32,000 nucleotides of DNA from Halorhodospira halophila SL1 (lineage in GTDB: Bacteria; Pseudomonadota; Gammaproteobacteria; Nitrococcales; Halorhodospiraceae): assembly GCF_000015585.1 (NCBI RefSeq), contig NC_008789.1, forward strand, positions 870,001 to 902,000. The letters run 5' to 3'. The translations under genes and the position numbers were made by a program. Below, piece by piece: positions 7,682 to 15,419 of the stretch. The notes beneath the pieces are model-generated. The model did no database searches. It had not been told where the DNA came from and worked only from the letters and a program-made list of their open reading frames with translations. Every line of letters begins with the position of its first letter. Positions within the stretch are counted from its first letter, which is position 1.

Positions 7682-7704
7682 GGCATATGCCCAGAGCATA
7701 CGCC
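7682..7704. promoter_or_regulatory. Possible vapBC operator: 10-bp palindrome GGCATATGCC plus a direct half-repeat GCATACGCC
   Basis: The palindrome at 7682..7691 lies 18 nt upstream of the vapB start. GCATATGCC (7683..7691) and GCATACGCC (7696..7704) repeat at 13-bp spacing. Confidence 0.3.
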
Positions 7705-7885
7705 CCCCTGCGAATGGTACGTCAACGAAACCCACTCCCCTTTTGAAGACACTTCGGCACAAATCCGGGGCGGCCAGGACGGCGTACGGCTTGCCCCCAC
7801 CCCGGTCCCGTGATTTGATAGGCGGTCACAATCAGACCAGCATCGCCAGGCGGGCCGCGATGCGGCCTGAGCGCCCTGGCGGTAG

Positions 7886-7960
7886 CGTGTCAACCCAGCC
7901 GTTGTGCTTAGGGTCTCGCGAACAGGCTATTACGCCTGGGTCGGCTGGGGCGGGCGTGAC
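7886..7960 (+). pseudogene. Short remnant of another IS3-family orfB (HTH_21-type N-terminus)
   Basis: The frame reads LRVSRTGYYAW, matching the very common (L)GVSRSGYYAW signature of IS3 OrfB N-termini. Nothing recognisable lies on either side. Confidence 0.3.
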
Positions 7961-8031
7961 AACCGGACCAAGGCACCGTTCGCGTCCCGCGAACCGAGTA
8001 TGGCTCGCCGCGACTTGCTCTAGAGCTGCAG

Positions 8032-8916
8032 GTGCACGGCATGGCGTTTCCCTGGCTGTCCGGTCCTGATACCCTTACCACCTATGTGCCCTCAGGTTCA
8101 CCGTTGCCTAAGCATACCCCGTCGACCATTATCCTCCCCGGTTACGAGCGAACGGTCCGGGACATCGCCTCGGCGCTCGAGGCAAACGTCCACCCCATCC
8201 GCGACCACTCTACTCTTGAACTTATTAAGTCCAGCAAAGCCCTGGTCTATCGCTGGTCGTGTGCCGAGAAACCGCCCCTTATTATCAAATTCTATTACGC
8301 GCACACCATCAAGGATCGGCTGAAAGCACTCCTGCGCCCCCCCAAATCACTATTACAAACGGCTCTGGCCCTGCGCGCGAAAGGCATTCGTGTACCGCGA
8401 CCCGTCGCCGCAATACAGGTCCATCTAGATTCCCGTAGATATGGCGCTTACATCATGGAGTGCGCGCCAGGAGCAACACTTAGAGAGTGGGGGCGCAAGG
8501 GCCTCCCTGATACTTACCATATGCACCTTGCAGAAGAGATGGGGTTCCTGTGGGGCCTTCTTTTACGCCACAACTACCTTCATATGGACCCCATACGGGG
8601 CAACTTTCTCTACGACACCGGTGGCGCCCTCACCGCTCTCGATATCGATAACATTTACAAACTTCCATGGTTACCAGACACTGTGCGCGCGCGTCGATTA
8701 CTCAAAATGGCACACTGGCATTTGCTTCGATCACCCCAGTTGCTTGGGGACACCCCGGAACGCGAGCTCATCAAGCGTTTTGTTCACGCCTATGCGCGGG
8801 GACGAGGGGTTACGGCTGTCGAGGCTTGGCGAGAATGGCGCCACGTTGTTGATCGGCTTGCTAGGCGAAACCCCCACGCTTATTACGTTTTGCAACGTGT
8901 CCCTCTGAGGCCGTAG
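8032..8916 (+). CDS. Protein-kinase-like fold protein, lipopolysaccharide kinase (Kdo/WaaP) family (paralog A)
   Basis: Motifs: LIIKFY (beta3 Lys), KDRLKALLRP..., GIRVPRPVA, catalytic loop HMDPIRGN (HxDxxxxN) and LDIDN. It lies in the lower-G+C block. Its stop abuts the ATG of the next gene. Confidence 0.6.
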   Translation: MHGMAFPWLSGPDTLTTYVPSGSPLPKHTPSTIILPGYERTVRDIASALEANVHPIRDHSTLELIKSSKALVYRWSCAEKPPLIIKFYYAHTIKDRLKALLRPPKSLLQTALALRAKGIRVPRPVAAIQVHLDSRRYGAYIMECAPGATLREWGRKGLPDTYHMHLAEEMGFLWGLLLRHNYLHMDPIRGNFLYDTGGALTALDIDNIYKLPWLPDTVRARRLLKMAHWHLLRSPQLLGDTPERELIKRFVHAYARGRGVTAVEAWREWRHVVDRLARRNPHAYYVLQRVPLRP

Positions 8917-9867
8917 ATGATTAGACACCACCGGGATATTAGTTACACCGTCGTCGTTCCGGTCTATAACAAGGCTCCTCATTTGGCGCGTTGCCTCGAC
9001 TCGATCCTCCAGCAACAGCGCCAGGACTTGGAAGTCATCGCGGTCAACGACGCTTCTACCGACTCAAGTCTCACTGTACTCGAGGATTATCAGCATAACT
9101 TACCAATCCGGATTTTTAGCCGTGACCAACCTGGCCCGGGTGGATACGCCGCTCGTAACCTGGCGATCGCGAATGCAAGATCAGAATGGATCGCGTTTTT
9201 GGACGCGGACGACACCTGGGAGAAAGGCTATTTAACCGAACTGGACGCCTTAAGGCGACGATTCCCAGAAGCTGACATAATCGGGACCGGTTATAGGATC
9301 ATCGATCCAGAAACGCAACACGACCACCGCTTTACGCGGCTGAACCGCAGCGGTGACCAACGCTGGATAAGCTTAAATAATTTCATCGATAGCTACTTGA
9401 ACCGTGGTGGCTGCTTTCAAACCTCTGCGACCGCAGCTCGCCGGAGCACGCTTTTAGCCGCTGGAGGCTTCCCAGAAAAAACGGCTCGCCAGGGTGGCGA
9501 CGTTGACACCTGGCTCCGCTGCATGCTCGTCGGAACCGGCGGCGCGTGGTCCCCTTCTGTCAAAATGCGCTATCACCGTGACGCGGTTAACCAGGTGACC
9601 GCGAACCCGGATAACCTGCGCCAACCTCACCCAGTGGCGACCACTGCTGCTTCGTATGCGCAAGCACTTCACGATCGCCAGCAGAAGCGACTTCTGCGTC
9701 GACTTGGCAACAAAAAGGGCCTAAAACGCGCACGTGATGCCGCAGCTGCCGGGCTCTATGACTACATTTTAGTAGCGGAATTAAACCGGTTCGACGCCGT
9801 CTACTGGCTTCACCGGGCCTTACTACCAGTTAAGAACATAGTCGCAAAAGGGCATCGGTTTGTTTAA
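8917..9867 (+). CDS. Glycosyltransferase family 2
   Basis: VVVPVYNKAPHLARCLDSILQQQ..LEVIAVNDASTDSS ... AARNLAIANARSEWIAFLDADDTW, which includes the GT-A DxD motif. Confidence 0.85.
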   Translation: MIRHHRDISYTVVVPVYNKAPHLARCLDSILQQQRQDLEVIAVNDASTDSSLTVLEDYQHNLPIRIFSRDQPGPGGYAARNLAIANARSEWIAFLDADDTWEKGYLTELDALRRRFPEADIIGTGYRIIDPETQHDHRFTRLNRSGDQRWISLNNFIDSYLNRGGCFQTSATAARRSTLLAAGGFPEKTARQGGDVDTWLRCMLVGTGGAWSPSVKMRYHRDAVNQVTANPDNLRQPHPVATTAASYAQALHDRQQKRLLRRLGNKKGLKRARDAAAAGLYDYILVAELNRFDAVYWLHRALLPVKNIVAKGHRFV

Positions 9868-11257
9868 CACACACAAAGCGTACTGGCGATCTATCCTTCC
9901 CCCCTTTGAGCCTTGGGCAAATGTCCGACTCGCGATCGCTGATCGCATTGGCTTCCTTGCCTTGCTCCTCATAGCCTTCACAGGGCTGTGGATCGGCGAT
10001 TTATACCGTCTTGGCCTGGCATTGGTGGTGGTTGCTTTCTTGATAGCCGCCGTGGACCTGTGGCCAAGCATGAAGCGCAGCGCTCTGTTTTGGGTCGGCG
10101 TCGCCTTCGTGCTCTTCGCTACGATACGCCACTGGGTGGCTGTGGTGGAGTTGGGCATCGATATGGTGGACTCGCCACCCAAGACCTCACAAATGATCCG
10201 CACCTCTCCGCTCCTGGTCGCTTTCGCGGCGATATGGCTCCGTGGGGACGAACAACGTCTAGTGTGGTTTCTGTCGGCGACGTTACTCGGTGCAATAGCT
10301 TGGCTTATTACGTCGACTCATTGGGACGCGTTTATTGAAATGTTCCGCAACTGGGACTGGAGCAACGCGCGTCGAGAGCTGTACGAAGGGAGCACCAACC
10401 GCACCCCATTTATTTATCTAGTTCTCAGCCTGGCTCTTATTACAATCGGCACTGGCTTTGTCGTACGATGCACCCATGTGTGGTGGCGTGCTGGCCTTTT
10501 CATCGCTTCCCTGACAATGGCCGTTGGATTCTTGTCGCTTACCTTGACCATCGAGACGCGTGGTGCCCAAATCGCAGCATTTGTGGCTTATGGGTTGCTT
10601 GCTGCGGCAATGGTCAGTAAGGGGCTCCGCCACCTCGGCATCATTAACCGGGGGACCCGCTGGGCATTAACGGCCACAGGGGGCGCAACCATCATTGCTA
10701 TCGGAATCGCGCTCTGGATCACCATCGGCACTAGTAGTGAGCGACTGCACAATACGATGGAGGCAGGAAAAGCGTTAGCACAAAATCCGGACTATCTCCA
10801 CGAGCCTTTCGAAGCGGCACAGGAGCATGACGCCATTCGAGCCGGGAGCGTAGTCCAGCGCCTCAACCTGGTAAGCTTGGCTGCTGATGCGATCGCGGAA
10901 CGACCATTGGTCGGATGGGGAGGAGGCACTAGTCATAAATGGGTACGCGAGTACGGACGTACTGATTTTCACAACTGGTATCTTGATGTAACGGTTGCTT
11001 TTGGTCTGATCGGCGCCGCCCTTTATTTCGGCGGCTTCGTCTATATCCTAGGAAGCAGCATTAGGGCCCGAATGATTCATCGACTTGATCCTCATGTCGC
11101 CCTGTTTGCCTTCAGCGCTACGGCAGCTTGGTTGACAACACAGCTATTCACCACTTGGATCAGCGCCGCACAAGGACGTTTTACATTAGTATTTATTGCG
11201 ACATTGTTGGCGTTCGCTCACACTGCGCGCTGGCTGCCGGAGCTACGAAAAAAATAA
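9860..11257 (+). CDS. O-antigen ligase / Wzy_C-domain polytopic membrane protein (WaaL-like)
   Basis: About 10-12 hydrophobic segments and a large loop ending in ERPLVGWGGGTSHKW...TDFHNWYLDVTVAFGLIGAALYF, typical of the Wzy_C domain. The start is uncertain (TTG at 9860). Confidence 0.7.
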   Translation: MFNTHKAYWRSILPPFEPWANVRLAIADRIGFLALLLIAFTGLWIGDLYRLGLALVVVAFLIAAVDLWPSMKRSALFWVGVAFVLFATIRHWVAVVELGIDMVDSPPKTSQMIRTSPLLVAFAAIWLRGDEQRLVWFLSATLLGAIAWLITSTHWDAFIEMFRNWDWSNARRELYEGSTNRTPFIYLVLSLALITIGTGFVVRCTHVWWRAGLFIASLTMAVGFLSLTLTIETRGAQIAAFVAYGLLAAAMVSKGLRHLGIINRGTRWALTATGGATIIAIGIALWITIGTSSERLHNTMEAGKALAQNPDYLHEPFEAAQEHDAIRAGSVVQRLNLVSLAADAIAERPLVGWGGGTSHKWVREYGRTDFHNWYLDVTVAFGLIGAALYFGGFVYILGSSIRARMIHRLDPHVALFAFSATAAWLTTQLFTTWISAAQGRFTLVFIATLLAFAHTARWLPELRKK

Positions 11258-11320
11258 AGAAAACAATAAAGGGGCTCATTTTATACACCAGAACAGCCCA
11301 CCAAAGGATTAAAGGCATAA

Positions 11321-12010
11321 GTGTACATAAAGACTCTTGGAATAGAGACAGACCGCGTCCCTCGAGTATTCCGGAGCCGGCATCTGCCTGGGAGGCGGAT
11401 TGTTGACATTCTAGGACCAACCGGCTGCGGAAAATCTACGTTTATGGCCCAAACACTCAGAGAACGACATTGGAAATTTAAAAAGGAGCCTGTTCGAGGC
11501 GCCCCGATCAAGGAAATTAGCGAGGAGCGGGCGCGGCTTTTAAACAGACACGCACAGCGTATAGCGAACCAGAATTTTCACCCGCTTTACATTAAGGAGG
11601 CGATCAAGAAAATTTGTTTAGACGAGGCGCTTGAGAAGAAAGACAGCTGTACCATCGTAGACGAAGGCTTCTTCTACTGGTTTATGCATGATCTATACGG
11701 AGCGATCCAGGAAAATCGCACCTGGGTGCACAAGCTGCTGCAGCGACGCGCAATTATTGAACTAATTGTTCCGCCTGAAAAAACAGCCGAACGGGCACTA
11801 TTTCGCTCTAGGAGAGGCGGCAAAGTGGCGCGCTGCCACGCAGAAAAAAGTTATCACGAAATCGTCAAGATGAGCGAGGAACGAATTATTGCGACAAATG
11901 CTTTTACAAAAGCGGTTGAACAACTCGGCGTTCCAGTTGCTCGGATTGACTGGGACGAGAAGACCCTAGCCTTTCACCGGGAAACGATTCAAAAGACGAT
12001 TTGCTCTTAA
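11321..12010 (+). CDS. Orphan P-loop NTPase/kinase-like protein of unknown function
   Basis: Walker A is ILGPTGCGKST and Walker-B-like is CTIVDEGF. It has a GTG start with AAAGG 5 nt upstream. This is the most A+T-rich gene in the window. No family recognised. Confidence 0.55.
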   Translation: MYIKTLGIETDRVPRVFRSRHLPGRRIVDILGPTGCGKSTFMAQTLRERHWKFKKEPVRGAPIKEISEERARLLNRHAQRIANQNFHPLYIKEAIKKICLDEALEKKDSCTIVDEGFFYWFMHDLYGAIQENRTWVHKLLQRRAIIELIVPPEKTAERALFRSRRGGKVARCHAEKSYHEIVKMSEERIIATNAFTKAVEQLGVPVARIDWDEKTLAFHRETIQKTICS

Positions 12011-12112
12011 CAGCCTGGTATCGCCAAACAGGCTAGAGACGGTACGAGCACGAGAACACCGGGTATTATGCGAATACGATTTTGATTTGGACGATGGATC
12101 GTGCATAGCGCG

Positions 12113-13009
12113 CTAGGCGCTGGTTCTAGATCCCGTGCCATGCCTCGAGAGCCCGAACATTGGCCGCAGGCAGCCACGATAAAACCGCAGCCCCTTATGG
12201 CGCACCCGACGCAACGGCAAATAAATCCACCACAGCACGAACCGCTCCGCATGACCCAGGTCCGCACCCCGCTTCTCCACGTAGGCTGCCCAGACGCGGG
12301 CGAAGTCCTCGTGCGAAAGTCGCAGCTTGAGGAGCAGACGGGCGGCGTTGAAGCAGCTCGGCCGCCCCTCGGCCAGCGCCTCCAGGTCGACGATGGTCAG
12401 CCCCTCTGTCTCGGCGCCCTCCTCCCCCCCTTCCGCAACGCTGGCAACGGCCAGCATATTCCCCATTCGGCAATCCTGTAGATAGACGCCGCTGGCGTGG
12501 AGCCGGGCCTGGAAGCGCCCCACCCGATCCGCCAGCTCGCCCAGCTCCGCACCCTCGTCCGGTTCCGGCAGCGGCTGGGCGTCGACGTAGCGGCAGATGA
12601 GGCAGGCGGCGACGACAGCATCCCCTTGGTAGCGATCCACTGCGCCGAGCGGCTGAGCAACGACACCCGGCAGCGCCCGGTCAAGGCGTCGCCCGGTTAG
12701 CCAGGCCGCCACCGCCGAACGTCGCTTGGTCTTGCCGGGGTTGGTGTACTTGAGCACCAGCGGACCAAACTCCTCCGTATCCAGACGATAGACATCGTGG
12801 CGCCGCCGAGAAGCCAACAACTCGCCGCGTACGGGCAACTCGGCCTCCCAGCGCGGCAGCCACTCCGCCAGCTCTGCCGGGGTCAGCACGCGGCTGTCGG
12901 TCAGCCACAGGGCACCGTCTTCGCCCTGCGCATGGGCAATAGCCGGGTCCTGGTGGGTTTCGGACTGAATACGGGCTTGGAGGTACTGCACGGACGTCGA
13001 ACCTAGCAA
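12113..13009 (-). CDS. Protein-kinase-like fold protein, Kdo/WaaP-like (paralog B)
   Basis: Motifs: LVLKYT (Lys), catalytic loop LQDCRMGN (xxDxxxxN) and IVDLE. The start is TTG at 13009 or GTG a few codons in. It is co-directional with, and 43 nt downstream of, the ParB-like gene. Confidence 0.5.
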   Translation of the reverse strand: MLGSTSVQYLQARIQSETHQDPAIAHAQGEDGALWLTDSRVLTPAELAEWLPRWEAELPVRGELLASRRRHDVYRLDTEEFGPLVLKYTNPGKTKRRSAVAAWLTGRRLDRALPGVVAQPLGAVDRYQGDAVVAACLICRYVDAQPLPEPDEGAELGELADRVGRFQARLHASGVYLQDCRMGNMLAVASVAEGGEEGAETEGLTIVDLEALAEGRPSCFNAARLLLKLRLSHEDFARVWAAYVEKRGADLGHAERFVLWWIYLPLRRVRHKGLRFYRGCLRPMFGLSRHGTGSRTSA

Positions 13010-13052
13010 CGTGGAACGAAGGCCCGTACTTTATCACGCTCGGCTTTTCGAG

Positions 13053-13823
13053 TTAGGCGGCATCGCCCGCCACGCCCAGGGTGTAGGCCGCCAGCCCCCG
13101 TCGCACCGCCTCGCCCGGATCCGGCTCCTGGTACGCGCGCATGCACCCCTCCACCCAGCGGCTGTGCACATGGCGGACGTGCACGACCACCGTGGGCACC
13201 GCCAGGATCTGCGCCATGGCGAAACGGTGGCGGCCGTTGCCCAGACGCACCAGCCGTCCGTGGCGATCGATGGCCACGCGGACGTCGTCCTTCGGCTCTC
13301 CGCCGAGCTCCTGCTGGCCGAGGAAGCCATTGGCGCGCATGTTCTCGTAGGCATCGAACATCCGCTGGAAGTAAGCCTGGAGCTCCTGCTCCCGCTTGAT
13401 CCCTTTGCGAACCGACTTCCCCTGAACCATCTTTCGATAGAGCTTGCGGTACTCGTCGGTCTGCTCGATGGGCAGCCCCTGCTCGAAGATCTGGTAGATG
13501 GTCCGGCTGTGCCGGCAAGCCTCGCGCCAGGTGGGGTCCGTCGCCAGCGGATAGACCAGACGGTCCCAGGGTCCGGCAATGAGCTGGTAGCCACCGAGGA
13601 TGTAGCTCGGCACATCCGCGTAGTAGTGTGCGATGCTCGCCAGCGGCACCCGAATACTGCGCTTCTTGGCGGGAAGGAGACTGGCGTCCGGCTTGCGCAG
13701 CCCCAGGCGTCGAGCAGCGAGGCGGGTGGAGGCCCGGCAGATCGGGCGCAGTGCGCTGCTGGCCAGGGCCCGCCGGGAACGGCGCAGGCGGGCCGGGAGG
13801 TTCAGGGCCGTGATATCGGACAT
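13053..13823 (-). CDS. ParB/sulfiredoxin-fold (ParB-like nuclease domain) protein
   Basis: VRVAIDRHGRLVRLGNGRHRFAMAQILAVPTVVVHV matches the ParBc pattern (I.V...g...i.dG.HR..A...lG...ipv.v). Amino-acid composition is normal (K/E/Y/F-rich), unlike the antisense shadow ORF. The start is taken as Met at 13823, and the track extension to 14081 is rejected. Confidence 0.55.
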   Translation of the reverse strand: MSDITALNLPARLRRSRRALASSALRPICRASTRLAARRLGLRKPDASLLPAKKRSIRVPLASIAHYYADVPSYILGGYQLIAGPWDRLVYPLATDPTWREACRHSRTIYQIFEQGLPIEQTDEYRKLYRKMVQGKSVRKGIKREQELQAYFQRMFDAYENMRANGFLGQQELGGEPKDDVRVAIDRHGRLVRLGNGRHRFAMAQILAVPTVVVHVRHVHSRWVEGCMRAYQEPDPGEAVRRGLAAYTLGVAGDAA

Positions 13824-13968
13824 GACGGGGCTTCGATGGGCCGCTTCGTGATCAAGCGACGGTACCGTACCACTCTCCTGCATGTTGAGCGAAGGCCGCC
13901 CGAGCCGCGTGATCCGGCCGGGAACAACCGCTAGACTGGGCCGTCGGCGCGGACGAAGCGGAGCCAGC

Positions 13969-14778
13969 ATGCGTTGCCACACCCTGGAGGAGACCCCCGC
14001 GGAGGAGCTTCGCACCGCAGCGGAGCGGCTGCTGATGGCCGGCACCGCCCCCGACGGCGCCGAGCTCGTCGCCCGACGCAAGTCCCGCGTCTACCGGTAT
14101 CCGCGCGAAGACGGGCGGGTGGTTTACCTCAAGCACTACTGCGCCACCCAACCCAAGGAGCGGCTCAAGCGGCTTGTGCGCAACCCGGTGCGCAACCTCG
14201 CCCTTTGGCAGCGACTCGACGGCCTCGGGATCGAGACGCCCCACCCGCTGCTCATCGCCGAGCACGGACGCGAGTCGGTGCTGGTCACCGCGGAGGTGGC
14301 GCACACCACCGCCCGGCAGTGGCTGCGCGATGGCCGCCCCCTGGAGCCGTCCCTGCTCGCTGCCCTGGGCACCACCTGGGGACGGCTGCACACCCACGGG
14401 ATGCAATACGTGGACCCGAGCCCGGCCAATGTCTTCATTCCCGACCCGATCCCGGAGGCGCTGGGGCTGCTGGATCTCGACTCGCTCTATCAGGTCGGAT
14501 GGATCCCCGAGTGGCTCGCACGCCAGCGCCTGGGGCAGCTCTTCTCACGCTGGAGCGCCGAGTGCGCCAAGCAGGACCAGCCGCCACCCGACCCGGAGGC
14601 CTTTCTCGCCTTCTGGCAGGCCTACGGGGCCGTCACCGGCCGGCCGACGCGCAGTCACGCCCTGGCCGTGGCCCGGCGGGTCGAGGAGCGGACCGCCCGT
14701 GGCCGCGGCGCCCGCGCGGGTGATCGACTGGCGGCGACCGCCCGGCGATGGCGGGAACGCGTCCTCGAGACCCGCTAG
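13969..14778 (+). CDS. Protein-kinase-like fold protein, Kdo/WaaP family (paralog C; closest to paralog A)
   Basis: Motifs: VYLKHY, KERLKRLVRNP, LGIETPHPL, catalytic loop YVDPSPAN, and LLDLDSLYQVGWIPEW (compare paralog A LDIDNIYKLPWLPD). The start is taken as ATG 13969. Confidence 0.6.
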   Translation: MRCHTLEETPAEELRTAAERLLMAGTAPDGAELVARRKSRVYRYPREDGRVVYLKHYCATQPKERLKRLVRNPVRNLALWQRLDGLGIETPHPLLIAEHGRESVLVTAEVAHTTARQWLRDGRPLEPSLLAALGTTWGRLHTHGMQYVDPSPANVFIPDPIPEALGLLDLDSLYQVGWIPEWLARQRLGQLFSRWSAECAKQDQPPPDPEAFLAFWQAYGAVTGRPTRSHALAVARRVEERTARGRGARAGDRLAATARRWRERVLETR

Positions 14779-14799
14779 CGCCCCCCCCCAGGCGCCGGG

Positions 14800-15348
14800 T
14801 TACGCGCTCCTCGGGCGGGGTGCGTAGTGCAGCACGAACTCGCCTTTCGGCCGTCCGCGCCCGAAACTCTGGAAACCACCGATGCGCTTGGCCGCCCGCC
14901 GGGCCGATTCGTTGTCCAGGCCGCGGTACTCCATGAGGTAGACCGCCATCAATGCGCCCGTGCGGCCGACACCGTGGACGCAGTGGATCACCACGGGCCC
15001 GTTGGCGGGGTCGTCCATCAGCTCGAGGAACGCCGCCACCGTGGATGCATCGGGCACCTGCGCCGAGGGGAGATGCACGTGGCGGATCCCGGCCGGCTCG
15101 AGCGCTGCCGCCTCGGCCTCGGCCCGATGGGCCTTGCGGCGCAGGTCGATCACGGTACGCACGCCCTGCGCCCGGCACAGCGCCACCAGGCGCTGGGGCG
15201 GCATCTCGGTGGTGCGGTAGAGGACGCCCGGCTCGATCGGGATCAGCCGGTAGTAGCCCACCGTCTGGAAAAACGCCTGCCAGCCGTTGAGGAATGCCCC
15301 CTCAAGCAGGTCCACGGTGGCGTGCCAAAGTTTACGTATGCGTTTCAT
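14800..15348 (-). CDS. Cysteine-based (CX5R) dual-specificity/tyrosine phosphatase-family protein
   Basis: The active-site P-loop is VVIHCVHGVGRTGALMAVYLM (HCxxGxxRT). An upstream Asp lies in SAQVPDAS. Confidence 0.75.
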   Translation of the reverse strand: MKRIRKLWHATVDLLEGAFLNGWQAFFQTVGYYRLIPIEPGVLYRTTEMPPQRLVALCRAQGVRTVIDLRRKAHRAEAEAAALEPAGIRHVHLPSAQVPDASTVAAFLELMDDPANGPVVIHCVHGVGRTGALMAVYLMEYRGLDNESARRAAKRIGGFQSFGRGRPKGEFVLHYAPRPRSA

Positions 15349-15419
15349 GATCGATGCAATTGTCTGGGGCTGGCGCGTATCCTACGCCGACACCCTGCTC
15401 AGGAATAGAACCCGCTGTG

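Noticed and set aside
3545-8030. Integron-like cassette array hypothesis for the TA cluster
   Set aside because: There is no intI gene, and I could find no recurring attC-like imperfect palindromes at cassette boundaries. The integrase remnant is phage/Xer-like and degraded.
7743-8069. 108-aa plus-strand ORF upstream of kinase-like paralog A
   Set aside because: It is Arg/Ala/Gly/Pro-rich and out of frame with the only recognisable motif there (the IS3 VSRTGYYAW scrap). It also overlaps the start of the 8032 gene.
12017-12043. Short hairpin (AGCCTG-N11-CAGGCT) between convergent genes 11321..12010 and 12113..13009, and a similar GC hairpin at 14779..14799
   Set aside because: The stems are only 5-6 bp and lack a T-run, which is insufficient for an intrinsic terminator call.
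13824-14081. Upstream extension of the ParB-like ORF, the plus-strand ORF 13011..13934, and the 13882 start of the kinase C ORF
   Set aside because: The extensions are Arg/Ser/Ala-rich and overlap the divergent neighbour. Internal Met codons at 13823 and 13969 give non-overlapping genes with sensible N-termini. ORF 13011..13934 is antisense shadow.
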